Assembly (NCBI GenBank): GCA_045604525.1
Contig: JAZUOH010000005.1
Span: forward strand, 53,648 to 117,647
From: Acutalibacteraceae bacterium
GTDB taxonomy: Bacteria; Bacillota; Clostridia; Oscillospirales; Acutalibacteraceae
Length of the DNA stretch: 64,000 nucleotides
Direction: 5' to 3'
The notes beneath the pieces are model-generated. The model made no database searches. It had not been told where the DNA came from and saw nothing but the letters and a program-made list of their open reading frames with translations. This document shows positions 34,831 through 43,458 of this stretch, piece by piece. Every line of letters begins with the position of its first letter. Positions within the stretch are counted from its first letter, which is position 1. The position numbers and the translations under genes were made by a program.

Positions 34831-36660
34831 ATGATTAACAGTGAGCATCTTTGTATGGGCTGTATGAAGGAGATTGGTGAGGAGTCACAGTGTCCTTACT
34901 GCGGCTTCCACGCCGATACAATGCAGATGGCACCGTATCTCGGTGTAAGGTCTGTTATAGCAAACCGTTACCTCGTCGGCAAGCTTACCGAGTATAACGG
35001 CGACGGTGCAACCTACATTGCGTGGGATATCAACGAAAAAAAGCCCGTTACAATCCGTGAATATCTGCCCGATGCGCTCTGTACAAGACGTATAGGTGAA
35101 AAGGATATTACTGTTATGTCGGGCTGTGAGCTTTCTTATCGGGAATGCATGTCCGATTTTGTTGAGCTCTGGCGCAAGCTTACCCGTATGAGCGGTCTTT
35201 CAGCGCTTGTAAATGTATACGATGTTTTTGAAGAAAACGGCACGGCCTATGCGGTTTGCGAATATGTAAAAAGCATAACACTGCGTGACTATCTTCTTCG
35301 CCTCAAAACAGGCTATATCCCGTGGGAGCGTGCAAGGTCGCTGTTTATGCCCGTGCTTTCAACCCTCGGTATGCTTCACACTGCGGGTATTATTCACCGC
35401 GGTATTTCACCGCTCACACTTCACATCGGCCAGGACGGTAAAATGCGCATAGGCGGCTTCAGTATCTGGCAGGCACGCACAGCAAAGAGCGACCTTACAG
35501 CTCAGCTTTTCCCCGGATATGCCGCTATTGAGCAGTATGGCTTTGAGGGTAAGCAGGGGCCGTGCACGGATATATATGCCTTTGCCGCAACACTTTACCG
35601 TGCCCTTATCGGAACCGATCCGATTGAAGCCACCGAAAGATTAACAAACGACAGGCTTATGGTGCCCGGTAAGTTTGCCGAGCAGCTTCCCGCTTATGTA
35701 ATAAACGGCCTTATAAATGCACTTCAGATTATGCCGGAGGAGCGTACACGCTCTGTTGAACAGCTTCGTGCAGACCTTTCTGCTTCTCCCGTTGCTGCAG
35801 TTGCGTCGGGTACGGAGTTTGATGCACCTACCTCACATACCAAACCGGGCGATAAAAAGCCGTCACCTGCAAAACCGCAGCCGGCCAAAAAGCCTGCAGC
35901 AGGAAAGTTTGATGTTATTACGGAAAATAAGCTTCTTGTTATACGCACAGCTTTAATCAGCGCAATAGTCGGTCTTGTGATTTTCCTTATTGTTGTTATT
36001 GCCGCAGGCGATAAGCTCGGCTTCTCAAAGGGCGAGCAGACTACAGAGCCGCAGACCCGTCAGGAAATGGTTGCCGTGCCCAATTTCGTCAATCGCAATT
36101 ATGCCGAGGTCAGCTCAAACGCTTATTGGACAAATAATTTCACCTTTGAAGCAGTAGAAGAGTATAACGATAAGGTTTCAAAGGGATATATCATAGCACA
36201 GAGTGTGCAGGCTGATACACAGGTAAACGCAGGCACTAAGATTGTTCTCACCGTTTCAAAGGGTATTGAGCAGTTTGAGCTTCCGCCCGTTATCGGTATG
36301 GATTATGAGCAGGCAGAGGAAATGCTCAAAACCCGCCACTTCAAGGTGGTAAAAGAAGAAAAAGAGAACGACGGCACACATCAGGGAGGCACCGTACAGT
36401 CGGTTGTCAACCTTACCGTGGGCAAGTCCTACCCCAAGGGCTCTGAGGTAACGCTTATTGTCTGGGCAGAGATGCCGACACAGGCTCCCGACCCCAATGC
36501 GCCCGTTGAGCCCGAGCAGACAACTGCCGGCACGCAGGATAACCCCGAGCAGACAACTGCCGATTCACAGCCCACAACCCAACCTACTGAAGCTCCTACC
36601 ACAGAAGCACCCACAACGGTCACAGAGCCTCCGACACAGGCACCAACACCTGCAGAATAA
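34831..36660 (+). CDS. Zinc-ribbon / pseudokinase / TM / 2x PASTA protein with a Thr-Pro-rich tail
   Basis: CMGC...CPYC at the N-terminus. It has a Hanks-kinase-like fold, but VAIK becomes VTIR, HRDxKxxN becomes HRGISPLT and DFG becomes GGF. One TM (LISAIVGLVIFLIVVIAAG), then two PASTA-like repeats (VPNFVNRNY...LTVSKG, LPPVIGMDY...LIVW). Confidence 0.75.
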   Translation: MINSEHLCMGCMKEIGEESQCPYCGFHADTMQMAPYLGVRSVIANRYLVGKLTEYNGDGATYIAWDINEKKPVTIREYLPDALCTRRIGEKDITVMSGCELSYRECMSDFVELWRKLTRMSGLSALVNVYDVFEENGTAYAVCEYVKSITLRDYLLRLKTGYIPWERARSLFMPVLSTLGMLHTAGIIHRGISPLTLHIGQDGKMRIGGFSIWQARTAKSDLTAQLFPGYAAIEQYGFEGKQGPCTDIYAFAATLYRALIGTDPIEATERLTNDRLMVPGKFAEQLPAYVINGLINALQIMPEERTRSVEQLRADLSASPVAAVASGTEFDAPTSHTKPGDKKPSPAKPQPAKKPAAGKFDVITENKLLVIRTALISAIVGLVIFLIVVIAAGDKLGFSKGEQTTEPQTRQEMVAVPNFVNRNYAEVSSNAYWTNNFTFEAVEEYNDKVSKGYIIAQSVQADTQVNAGTKIVLTVSKGIEQFELPPVIGMDYEQAEEMLKTRHFKVVKEEKENDGTHQGGTVQSVVNLTVGKSYPKGSEVTLIVWAEMPTQAPDPNAPVEPEQTTAGTQDNPEQTTADSQPTTQPTEAPTTEAPTTVTEPPTQAPTPAE

Positions 36661-36666
36661 AGAATT

Positions 36667-36703
36667 AAACCCTTACGATTCATACGTCGAGTCGTAAGGG
36701 TTT
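36667..36703. terminator. Bidirectional terminator between convergent genes
   Basis: 12-bp stem AAACCCTTACGA ... TCGTAAGGGTTT, with a T-rich flank. Confidence 0.65.
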
Positions 36704-36719
36704 TGTCTTTTGGTAGTTA

Positions 36720-37370
36720 TTACTTGCTTGCTGTCAGCTTGAATACATCGGATGACTTGCCTATTACAACAAGGTGGTCGCCGTTTTCGAAAGTATAATC
36801 ACCGCCGGGCAGGGGACGAAGCACGTCCTCTTTTTTTATTGCAATTATATTGATGTTGTAATTTCTTCTTACATTTACCTGTACAACGGTTTTGCCAACC
36901 CAATCGGGTACAACGGGTATTTCAAAAATCGAGTAATCGTCGGTAAGCTCAATATAATCATAAACATTGTCGGCGTTGAAGCGCACCGCAAGCTTTTCTG
37001 CAATTGCTCTTTCGGGGTAAACAACCTCATCCGCACCGACGCTTTTAAGAAAACGCGCCTGAATATCACGGTTGGCCTTTGATACAACATATTTTGCTTT
37101 CATATCCTTGAGCAGTGCCGTGATTTCAAGTGATGACTGGAAGTTTTCTCCTATGCAGACAAAACAAACGTCAAAATTATTAACACCCAACGAGCGTATA
37201 ACACCCTCGTTGGTACAGTCGCCTATATACGAATCCGTGAATTTCGGTGCAAGCTCTTCTATGATTTCCTCGTTCTTGTCAACAATCATAACGTCATTGC
37301 CAAGCTCAAGCATCTTTGTGGCAAGATGTCTGCCGCTGCGGCCCATGCCTATTACAAGAATATTTTTCAT
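36720..37370 (-). CDS. trkA: Trk/Ktr potassium uptake system, NAD-binding RCK subunit
   Basis: ILVIGMGRSGRH (GxGxxG) RCK_N followed by an RCK_C-like C-terminus. The start is moved to MKNILVIG (ATG 37370) because the upstream ATG abuts the RBS. Confidence 0.85.
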   Translation of the reverse strand: MKNILVIGMGRSGRHLATKMLELGNDVMIVDKNEEIIEELAPKFTDSYIGDCTNEGVIRSLGVNNFDVCFVCIGENFQSSLEITALLKDMKAKYVVSKANRDIQARFLKSVGADEVVYPERAIAEKLAVRFNADNVYDYIELTDDYSIFEIPVVPDWVGKTVVQVNVRRNYNINIIAIKKEDVLRPLPGGDYTFENGDHLVVIGKSSDVFKLTASK

Positions 37371-37382
37371 AAAGCCCATTCC

Positions 37383-38723
37383 TTATCCGATAAGAATTTT
37401 TTCTGTCGGTCTTGTCAGCTTTGCGTGCTCTCTGCGTTCTGCAAAGGCAATTACAAGCGAAAGTCCGCCTATTCTGCCTGCAAACATCAGTAACATCAGA
37501 ATAATATGTGATGCAGATGAAAGCGAAGCTGTTATGCCAACTGTAAGACCTACCGTGCCTGCGGCGGATGCAACCTCAAACACAACATCGTTAAGCGGCA
37601 TATTTTCTAAAGCACAGATTGCACAAACCGCAAATATAACTGCCGCCGCATATACGCTGATTATAGCTCCGGAGCGTTTGACAGTGTCATCCTCAAGCCT
37701 GCGTTTGAATACGACAGTGTCTTTGTGACCTCTCGCAACAGCAATAAGCTCAATTATCATAACTGCAACTGTTGTTGTTTTGATACCGCCTGCAGTGGAG
37801 CCGGGGCTGCCGCCAATGAGCATAAGCACACTCATCAGTACAGTGCCGGATGCAGAAAGCTTATCGAGCGGTGCAGTGTTGAAGCCTGCTGTTCTTGAGC
37901 TGACCGATTGAAAGAATGATGCAAGTATCTTTTCTCCCGTAGTCATTTGAGCAAGGCTTGCATTCTGTTCAAATATGAAATAAAACAGCCATCCGCCAAG
38001 GAGCAATGCCGCAGAGGTTATGAGAACGATTTTTGTGTGCAGTGAATACTGTCTGACTTTTAGTCTGTGCTCAATTATATCCTGCCATACGATAAAGCCA
38101 AGACCGCCCGAAACAATAAGAAGGCAAGCGGTAAGGTTAACCGTTATGTCATTATAAAAAGGTGTCAGTGAGGAAAATTCGCCGTATACACCCATAAGGT
38201 CAAAGCCTGCGTTGCAAAACGCCGATACGGCGTGAAAAACAGAGTAATAAGCGCCCTTTGCAATGCCGAATTCGGGGCAGAATCTTGTGGCGAAAAGCAG
38301 AGCACCAATGCCTTCGCAGATAAAGGTTATTTTCACAATCTGCTTTAGCAGCTTTATAACGCCGTTTGTTCTTATTGTACCTGCCGAAGCCATCAGCAGC
38401 TTTCTCTCATAGATGTTTATTTTTCTTTTTGCAAACACGGCAAACATCGCAATTGTCGTCATAACACCGAGTCCGCCGATTTGTATCATTGTCAGTATAA
38501 CAAGCTGACCGAAAAGTGACCAGTGTGTGAAGGTGTCGAACACAATAAGTCCTGTAACACAGGTTGCGCTTGTTGCGGTGAAAGCCGAATCAAGCAGGGG
38601 AGTCCACTCTCTGCTCCTTGATGATATCGGCAGACACAGCAGTAATGTGCCGCACAGTATAACGGCCGCAAAGAAAAGCACAATTATTTGGGTTTGAGTC
38701 AGCTTGAGTTTGGAAATTTTCAA
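37383..38723 (-). CDS. trkH: TrkH/KtrB-family potassium transporter membrane subunit
   Basis: Polytopic membrane protein with repeated pore-loop MPM motifs (TATCVTGL, CNAGF, SSRTAGF, AGTVGLTVG). The TTG start is 7 nt after GGAGG. Confidence 0.85.
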   Translation of the reverse strand: MKISKLKLTQTQIIVLFFAAVILCGTLLLCLPISSRSREWTPLLDSAFTATSATCVTGLIVFDTFTHWSLFGQLVILTMIQIGGLGVMTTIAMFAVFAKRKINIYERKLLMASAGTIRTNGVIKLLKQIVKITFICEGIGALLFATRFCPEFGIAKGAYYSVFHAVSAFCNAGFDLMGVYGEFSSLTPFYNDITVNLTACLLIVSGGLGFIVWQDIIEHRLKVRQYSLHTKIVLITSAALLLGGWLFYFIFEQNASLAQMTTGEKILASFFQSVSSRTAGFNTAPLDKLSASGTVLMSVLMLIGGSPGSTAGGIKTTTVAVMIIELIAVARGHKDTVVFKRRLEDDTVKRSGAIISVYAAAVIFAVCAICALENMPLNDVVFEVASAAGTVGLTVGITASLSSASHIILMLLMFAGRIGGLSLVIAFAERREHAKLTRPTEKILIG

Positions 38724-38743
38724 ACCGATTCCTCCGACATTAT

Positions 38744-40453
38744 TTACATCATTTCAGCAATAAGCTTCTTGATTGTTTCAACAATCTCGCCGATTTCTGT
38801 CTTCTGGCTGATTGTCTTATCTCTGCTTACGATTTCGCAGACGTTTTCTTTGAGGTTTCTGGGGCTTGCAATTATTCTCAGCGGTACACCAAGCAGGTCT
38901 GCGTCAGAGAACATAAAGCCTGCGCTTACCTTTCTGTCGTCATAGATAACCTCAACGCCTGCATTCTGAAGCTCTTCATAAAGCTTGTCGGCACATTCCT
39001 TGGTTGCCGCATCGTCTGAACGTACACAGCAAAGGTGTACCTGCCAGGGTGCAATTGACATCGGCCAGATGGGGCCGTAGTTGTCGTGGTATGCTTCGCA
39101 TACGCTTGCGGCAAGTCTGCCTACACCGATACCGTAGCAGCCCATAATAGGGTACTGCTCCTGACCGTTGCTGTCAAGGTATGTCATACCCATTGACTTT
39201 GTGTATTTTGTGCCGAGCTGGAAAATGTTACCAACCTCAATACCTCTTGAGAGAGTAACGCTGTGCTTGCCGCACTGCGGGCAGATGCCGCCATCCTTGA
39301 TAGCGGCAACGTCTGCGTATTCAACCTCGCCGAGGTCACGCTCAACGTTGAAGCCTGTGTAGTGGTGGTCAAGCTTGTTTGCACCGCAGGAAAGGTTTGT
39401 TGTGCCCTTGAGTGAGCCATCTATAACAACTGTGATGCGTTCGTCCATATTGTACGGGCCGATAAAGCCTGCAAACAGACCGCAACCGTCTGTAATCTCT
39501 GCAGGGTGAATTTCACAGCCTACTGTGTTGCGAAGCTTTGTTTCGTTTACCTCAAGGTCACCTCTGACAAACGCAACGATATATGTGTCGTCTGCATTTC
39601 TCTGGTAAACAACAGCCTTGCAGGATTTTTCTACAGGTGTGTTGAGGAAGTTGCATACATCCTCAATTGTGTGCATATCGGGTGTGTATACAAGCTTGAG
39701 CTCTTCAAGCACTGCATCAGCTTCGTTTTCAACAATGCAGGGTGCAGCCTCAATGTTTGCTCTGAAATCACACTCACTACATACTGCAATGCTGTCTTCG
39801 CCTGCGGCGGTGAGAAGCATATATTCGTGAGATACACTGCCGCCCATCATACCAGAGTCGGATTTAACCGTTACAACCTCGGGAATACCACAACGTGCAA
39901 AAATGCGGTTGTATGCATCATAGCAGCGCTGATAATACTGCTCAAGGTCCTCCTGTGAGGTGTGGAAGGAGTATGCATCCTTCATTGTGAATTCACGTAC
40001 ACGGATAAGACCTGCTCTGGGTCTGCCTTCGTCACGGAATTTGGTCTGAATCTGGTATATCATAAAGGGGTATTTGTTATAGCTGTTTGCGTAATCTCTT
40101 ACAAGGTGAACGGCGGCCTCTTCATGAGTCATACCGAGCACCATAGGGCTCTTGTTTCTGTCGGAGAAGCGAAGAAGCTCACTGCCGATTGATTCGTATC
40201 TGCCGCTTTCCTCCCAAAGAGTGGCGGGCATAACGACGGGGAACTGAACCTCCTGACCGTCGATTCTGTCCATCTCCTCACGGATGATATTTTCAATCTT
40301 CTTTGTGATTCTGCGCATAGGCATATATGATGAGTAAATGCCGTTTGCAACGTTTTTGATGTAGCCGCCTCTTACAGTCAGAGCGTGGCTTTCAATTATA
40401 CAGTCTGACGGCTTTTCTTTAAATCTTTCGCCGACAAGCTTATCAAGTTTCAT
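38744..40453 (-). CDS. proS: Proline--tRNA ligase (bacterial type with an editing insertion)
   Basis: Class II aaRS motifs (FRDE.RPR.GL.R.REF.MKDAYSF, GCYGIGV.R) and ~570 aa. The start is moved to MKLDKL (ATG 40453), 7 nt after GGAGGT. Confidence 0.95.
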   Translation of the reverse strand: MKLDKLVGERFKEKPSDCIIESHALTVRGGYIKNVANGIYSSYMPMRRITKKIENIIREEMDRIDGQEVQFPVVMPATLWEESGRYESIGSELLRFSDRNKSPMVLGMTHEEAAVHLVRDYANSYNKYPFMIYQIQTKFRDEGRPRAGLIRVREFTMKDAYSFHTSQEDLEQYYQRCYDAYNRIFARCGIPEVVTVKSDSGMMGGSVSHEYMLLTAAGEDSIAVCSECDFRANIEAAPCIVENEADAVLEELKLVYTPDMHTIEDVCNFLNTPVEKSCKAVVYQRNADDTYIVAFVRGDLEVNETKLRNTVGCEIHPAEITDGCGLFAGFIGPYNMDERITVVIDGSLKGTTNLSCGANKLDHHYTGFNVERDLGEVEYADVAAIKDGGICPQCGKHSVTLSRGIEVGNIFQLGTKYTKSMGMTYLDSNGQEQYPIMGCYGIGVGRLAASVCEAYHDNYGPIWPMSIAPWQVHLCCVRSDDAATKECADKLYEELQNAGVEVIYDDRKVSAGFMFSDADLLGVPLRIIASPRNLKENVCEIVSRDKTISQKTEIGEIVETIKKLIAEMM

Positions 40454-40493
40454 TGCTTTTACCTCCAAGGATTCTTATAATACAACATCCCTT

Positions 40494-40522
40494 ATTTTAC
40501 CTTTATATTATAAAAAAGTCAA
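40494..40522 (-). promoter_or_regulatory. Candidate sigma-A promoter for proS-trkH-trkA
   Basis: Minus strand: TTGACT (40522-40517), a 17-bp spacer, then TAAAAT (40499-40494). It leaves only a ~35-nt leader. Confidence 0.55.
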
Positions 40523-40538
40523 CTTTATAAAAAGAAAT

Positions 40539-40572
40539 AACCCCGATTTGTATTAACCTACAAAACGGGGTT
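40539..40572 (-). terminator. Intrinsic terminator of the upstream PHP gene
   Basis: AACCCCG ... CGGGGTT stem, followed on the minus strand by ATTTCTTTTT. Confidence 0.6.
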
Positions 40573-40594
40573 GATTTATAGTCTTGTGTTTGTT

Positions 40595-41968
40595 TTAAAA
40601 TGCGAAGTATTTTTCTCTCTGTCGCTTCATTCTGCCCTGGATTGCCTCAAGCTGAGCCTTTGCATCGGGCTCACCGGTGACGTATCTCTTCATCAGCAGA
40701 CCTTCCTCGTAGCAGAGCTCGTCATGAAGGGGGAAGAAGTTCTCGTAAAGGAAGCTTGCGTATCTTACAAGCCTGAAATCGCCTACCATGCGATATTCTG
40801 CGCTGATTGTGTCAACTGCAACGCTGTAATAATCCTTGATTGAGCTTATAAGACTTTCTCTTGTGTTTTCGGGGGCGAATACAATTGTTGAGCAAATGAA
40901 ACCGTTGCGGTTGTTAATACTGCTGTGGCTGTCTGTGCTGCCTACAATGGGGTATTTGTTGCCCTTTGCACACTGCTCGTAATAGTAGATTGTCTGGAAG
41001 CCGTTCTGCTGGAAGTAGTTTTCACCGCCGAGCACTTCAAATGCATCAAAAGCTTTTTTCTCAAACATAGCATCTGTGAGTGAATCGGGCACGTGGTAAA
41101 CGTCTGCAATCCAATAGGGATGTGCAAAAATGCTAAGACCCTCTGCCTCGCGTACCTGCTCTGTTATCCAGCTGCAGCAGGCAAACGGGAATCTCTCAAC
41201 ACCCTCGGGAATGTCGAGGGTGTCTGCGTAAGCATCAATTGTTGCCCAGAATTCTTCTTTTGTAATCGGGTCGGGGCAGTTGCCGTCAATACTGCGCTTG
41301 TCCTTGCCGTCGCCGACGTCTGCAATGTGTGAGCTGGCTGTGGTGAGCGCGTTTATGCTGTATTTGCCGCCGAAATTAACCATGTGAACGTCGTTTGTGT
41401 GGTATGAGTCACCCTTGGGCAGGTGTATCTCTTCACCGGGCACAAGTGTATACTCAAGCTCAACGTCCTTGTATGCTTCCATAGCCTCAAGTGAGGGATA
41501 ATATCTCTGGTGGTCTGTTATAGCGAGGAAGTCGTAGCCGTGTCTGCGGTAGTTTGCCGCAACAATTGCAGGGGACTGCTTGCCGTCTGAACGGAAGGTG
41601 TGCATGTGAAGGTCGCCTGCAAAGGGATATCTGCCGACAAGGTCTTCACTTACCGAATAAACGGAAAACTGAAAATCCTTCTTCAAATCATCTTTGAGAA
41701 AGCGTATAAAATGTTCCTGCTCGCACTTGAATACGTGCTTTATGCGTATGCATCCGTCAGCATCGGGCTTTACCTTGAATTCCTCTGTTGCACCCGAGGT
41801 TTCGGGGAATGCCCATCTGGGTCCCTGCGTGAGAGGTAAGATTTCCATATAGTATTCGTCTTTGGTGAATGCGGCGTGCTCGCCAAGCGGCTTTATTGTG
41901 ATTTCAATTTCCTTATCCTTCGGAAAAACCTTTGGGAATACGTCGTAGTTGTGAAGCTCGTTTTTCAT
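40595..41968 (-). CDS. PHP-domain metallohydrolase (CehA/McbA-like) with a ~115-aa N-terminal beta-rich extension
   Basis: GDLHMHTFRSDG...DFLAITDHQ...VGSTDSHS PHP-type motifs. RBS AAAGGAGA. Confidence 0.6.
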   Translation of the reverse strand: MKNELHNYDVFPKVFPKDKEIEITIKPLGEHAAFTKDEYYMEILPLTQGPRWAFPETSGATEEFKVKPDADGCIRIKHVFKCEQEHFIRFLKDDLKKDFQFSVYSVSEDLVGRYPFAGDLHMHTFRSDGKQSPAIVAANYRRHGYDFLAITDHQRYYPSLEAMEAYKDVELEYTLVPGEEIHLPKGDSYHTNDVHMVNFGGKYSINALTTASSHIADVGDGKDKRSIDGNCPDPITKEEFWATIDAYADTLDIPEGVERFPFACCSWITEQVREAEGLSIFAHPYWIADVYHVPDSLTDAMFEKKAFDAFEVLGGENYFQQNGFQTIYYYEQCAKGNKYPIVGSTDSHSSINNRNGFICSTIVFAPENTRESLISSIKDYYSVAVDTISAEYRMVGDFRLVRYASFLYENFFPLHDELCYEEGLLMKRYVTGEPDAKAQLEAIQGRMKRQREKYFAF

Positions 41969-41973
41969 TGCTT

Positions 41974-42546
41974 TCAGTTCTCCTTTGCGAATTTATCGGG
42001 TATTTTATCTGCAAATATCGAATAAGGATTCTCCGATACGCTGTCACGTTTTACACTACCGCTTTCGGCTGTGAATTCAACCTCAAAATACTCCTTGAAT
42101 TCGGGCGCAAGGTGCTGGATATAATACTTGTTTTTACTTTCACGCAGGGTAATGATGAACTGTGTTCTTTCTTCACCCATAAATTCCATTTTTGATGTAA
42201 TTCTTACTGATGAGGTTTTTTCGTCAAGCTCGACCATATAGTCTGCACCTGCGGTTTTGTATGTATAAACACCGTCAGTTTCTGTGATTTCAGCGTTTTC
42301 GGGCTGTGTGCCGTCTGTGATGTAATCAAAAACACTGTTTAAATATTCGGATGATATTATCATAAGCGATATGTCGGATACAGGTGCGTTTGCCTTGCCG
42401 TATTCAGTCTGCTTGAAAGCATCATAGGCTGCGACAAATTCGTCGTTAAACCAGGCCTTGAAATCTTCTTTTTTTGTTGTGTCGGAACAAGCGGCAAGCG
42501 TGAATATAAGTGTAAAAATTAGTAAAAGTGATGTAAGTTTTTTCAT
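41974..42546 (-). CDS. Hypothetical lipoprotein
   Basis: Signal peptide plus lipobox MKKLTSLLLIFTLIFTLAAC|SD. RBS AAGGAGG. It ends 5 nt before the PHP gene start. Confidence 0.7.
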   Translation of the reverse strand: MKKLTSLLLIFTLIFTLAACSDTTKKEDFKAWFNDEFVAAYDAFKQTEYGKANAPVSDISLMIISSEYLNSVFDYITDGTQPENAEITETDGVYTYKTAGADYMVELDEKTSSVRITSKMEFMGEERTQFIITLRESKNKYYIQHLAPEFKEYFEVEFTAESGSVKRDSVSENPYSIFADKIPDKFAKEN

Positions 42547-42669
42547 TTTGTCAGCCTCCTTGTAAGTCTGCTTTTATTTTACACTCGGCACAACGAGGTG
42601 TCAACATTAAATTGACATAAACACCGTGCGGTGATATAATTTCATTATTATTTTTAAGGCGGTGAAGCT

Positions 42670-43371
42670 GTGGAAGAAAAAAATGTGCGCACTGCAATGC
42701 TCATAGGTGAGGACGGTGTGGAGAAGCTTAAAAATTCATCCGTACTGCTTTTCGGTGTGGGCGGTGTAGGCTCGTTTGCGGCAGAGGCTCTTGCAAGGGC
42801 AGGGGTAGGGCATATAGGCCTTTGCGATAACGATACCGTTTCTGTTTCAAACCTCAACCGTCAGCTTGTCGCACTTAAAAGCACTGTAGGCAGACTCAAG
42901 GTGGATGTAATGCGTGAGCGTATTGCAGACATAAATCCCGATATAAAGGTGACTGCTTATCCCTGCTTTTATTCTGCAGAAACTGCCGATGAATTCAATT
43001 TTGACGAATACGATTATATTGTTGATGCAATAGATACAGTTACGTCAAAACTGCTTCTTATAAAAACCGCAAAAGAAAAAAATATACCCGTAATCAGCTG
43101 TATGGGCACGGGCAATAAGCTTGACCCGACTGCACTTACGGTCACCGATATAAAAAAAACAATTGGCTGTCCGCTTGCCCGTGTTATGAGGCGTGAACTT
43201 AAAAACCTCGGTATAAATTCGCTCAAAGTTGTTTTCTCAACAGAGCAACCTATTAAACCTCTCTTTCAGCCAGAATCTGATAAACGCTCCGTACCCGGCA
43301 GCGTTTCATTTGTTCCCTCTGCCGCAGGACTCATCGCCGCAGGTGAGGTAATAAATGAACTGATAAAATAA
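42670..43371 (+). CDS. tcdA: tRNA threonylcarbamoyladenosine dehydratase (ThiF/E1-like)
   Basis: LLFGVGGVGSFAAEALARAGVG.I.L.D.D.V..SNLNRQ nucleotide-binding motif, ~235 aa, and C.G..NK typical of TcdA/YgdL. GTG start. Confidence 0.8.
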   Translation: MEEKNVRTAMLIGEDGVEKLKNSSVLLFGVGGVGSFAAEALARAGVGHIGLCDNDTVSVSNLNRQLVALKSTVGRLKVDVMRERIADINPDIKVTAYPCFYSAETADEFNFDEYDYIVDAIDTVTSKLLLIKTAKEKNIPVISCMGTGNKLDPTALTVTDIKKTIGCPLARVMRRELKNLGINSLKVVFSTEQPIKPLFQPESDKRSVPGSVSFVPSAAGLIAAGEVINELIK

Positions 43372-43417
43372 AAAAAGCGAGCGGCACCCAATTTGGATGT
43401 CGCTCGTTGCATTTTTT
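43371..43417. terminator. Bidirectional terminator (A-tract, hairpin, T-tract)
   Basis: AAAAAAAG-CGAGCG ... CGCTCG-TTGCATTTTTT, between convergent tcdA (+) and the HAD gene (-). Confidence 0.5.
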
Positions 43418-43451
43418 AAAGCCTCCCTTGCCTAAAGGAAAGGGAGGCTTT
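43418..43451. repeat. GGGAGG-stem hairpin AAAGCCTCCCTT-N10-AAGGGAGGCTTT
   Basis: 12-bp perfect stem, read directly. The core CCTCCCT/AGGGAGG resembles the hairpins flanking the DUF559 gene. Confidence 0.6.
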
Positions 43452-43458
43452 AAATTGA

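Noticed and set aside
38724-38743. Possible c-di-AMP (ydaO-type) riboswitch before the trkH K+ transporter
   Set aside because: Only 20 nt separate proS and trkH, so there is no room for a riboswitch.
40454-40594. Expected T-box leader upstream of proS
   Set aside because: The gap holds a terminator for the upstream gene and a promoter, leaving a ~35-nt leader. That is far too short for a ~200-nt T-box. No specifier-loop or T-box (AANNNGGGTGGTACCGCG-like) sequence is seen.
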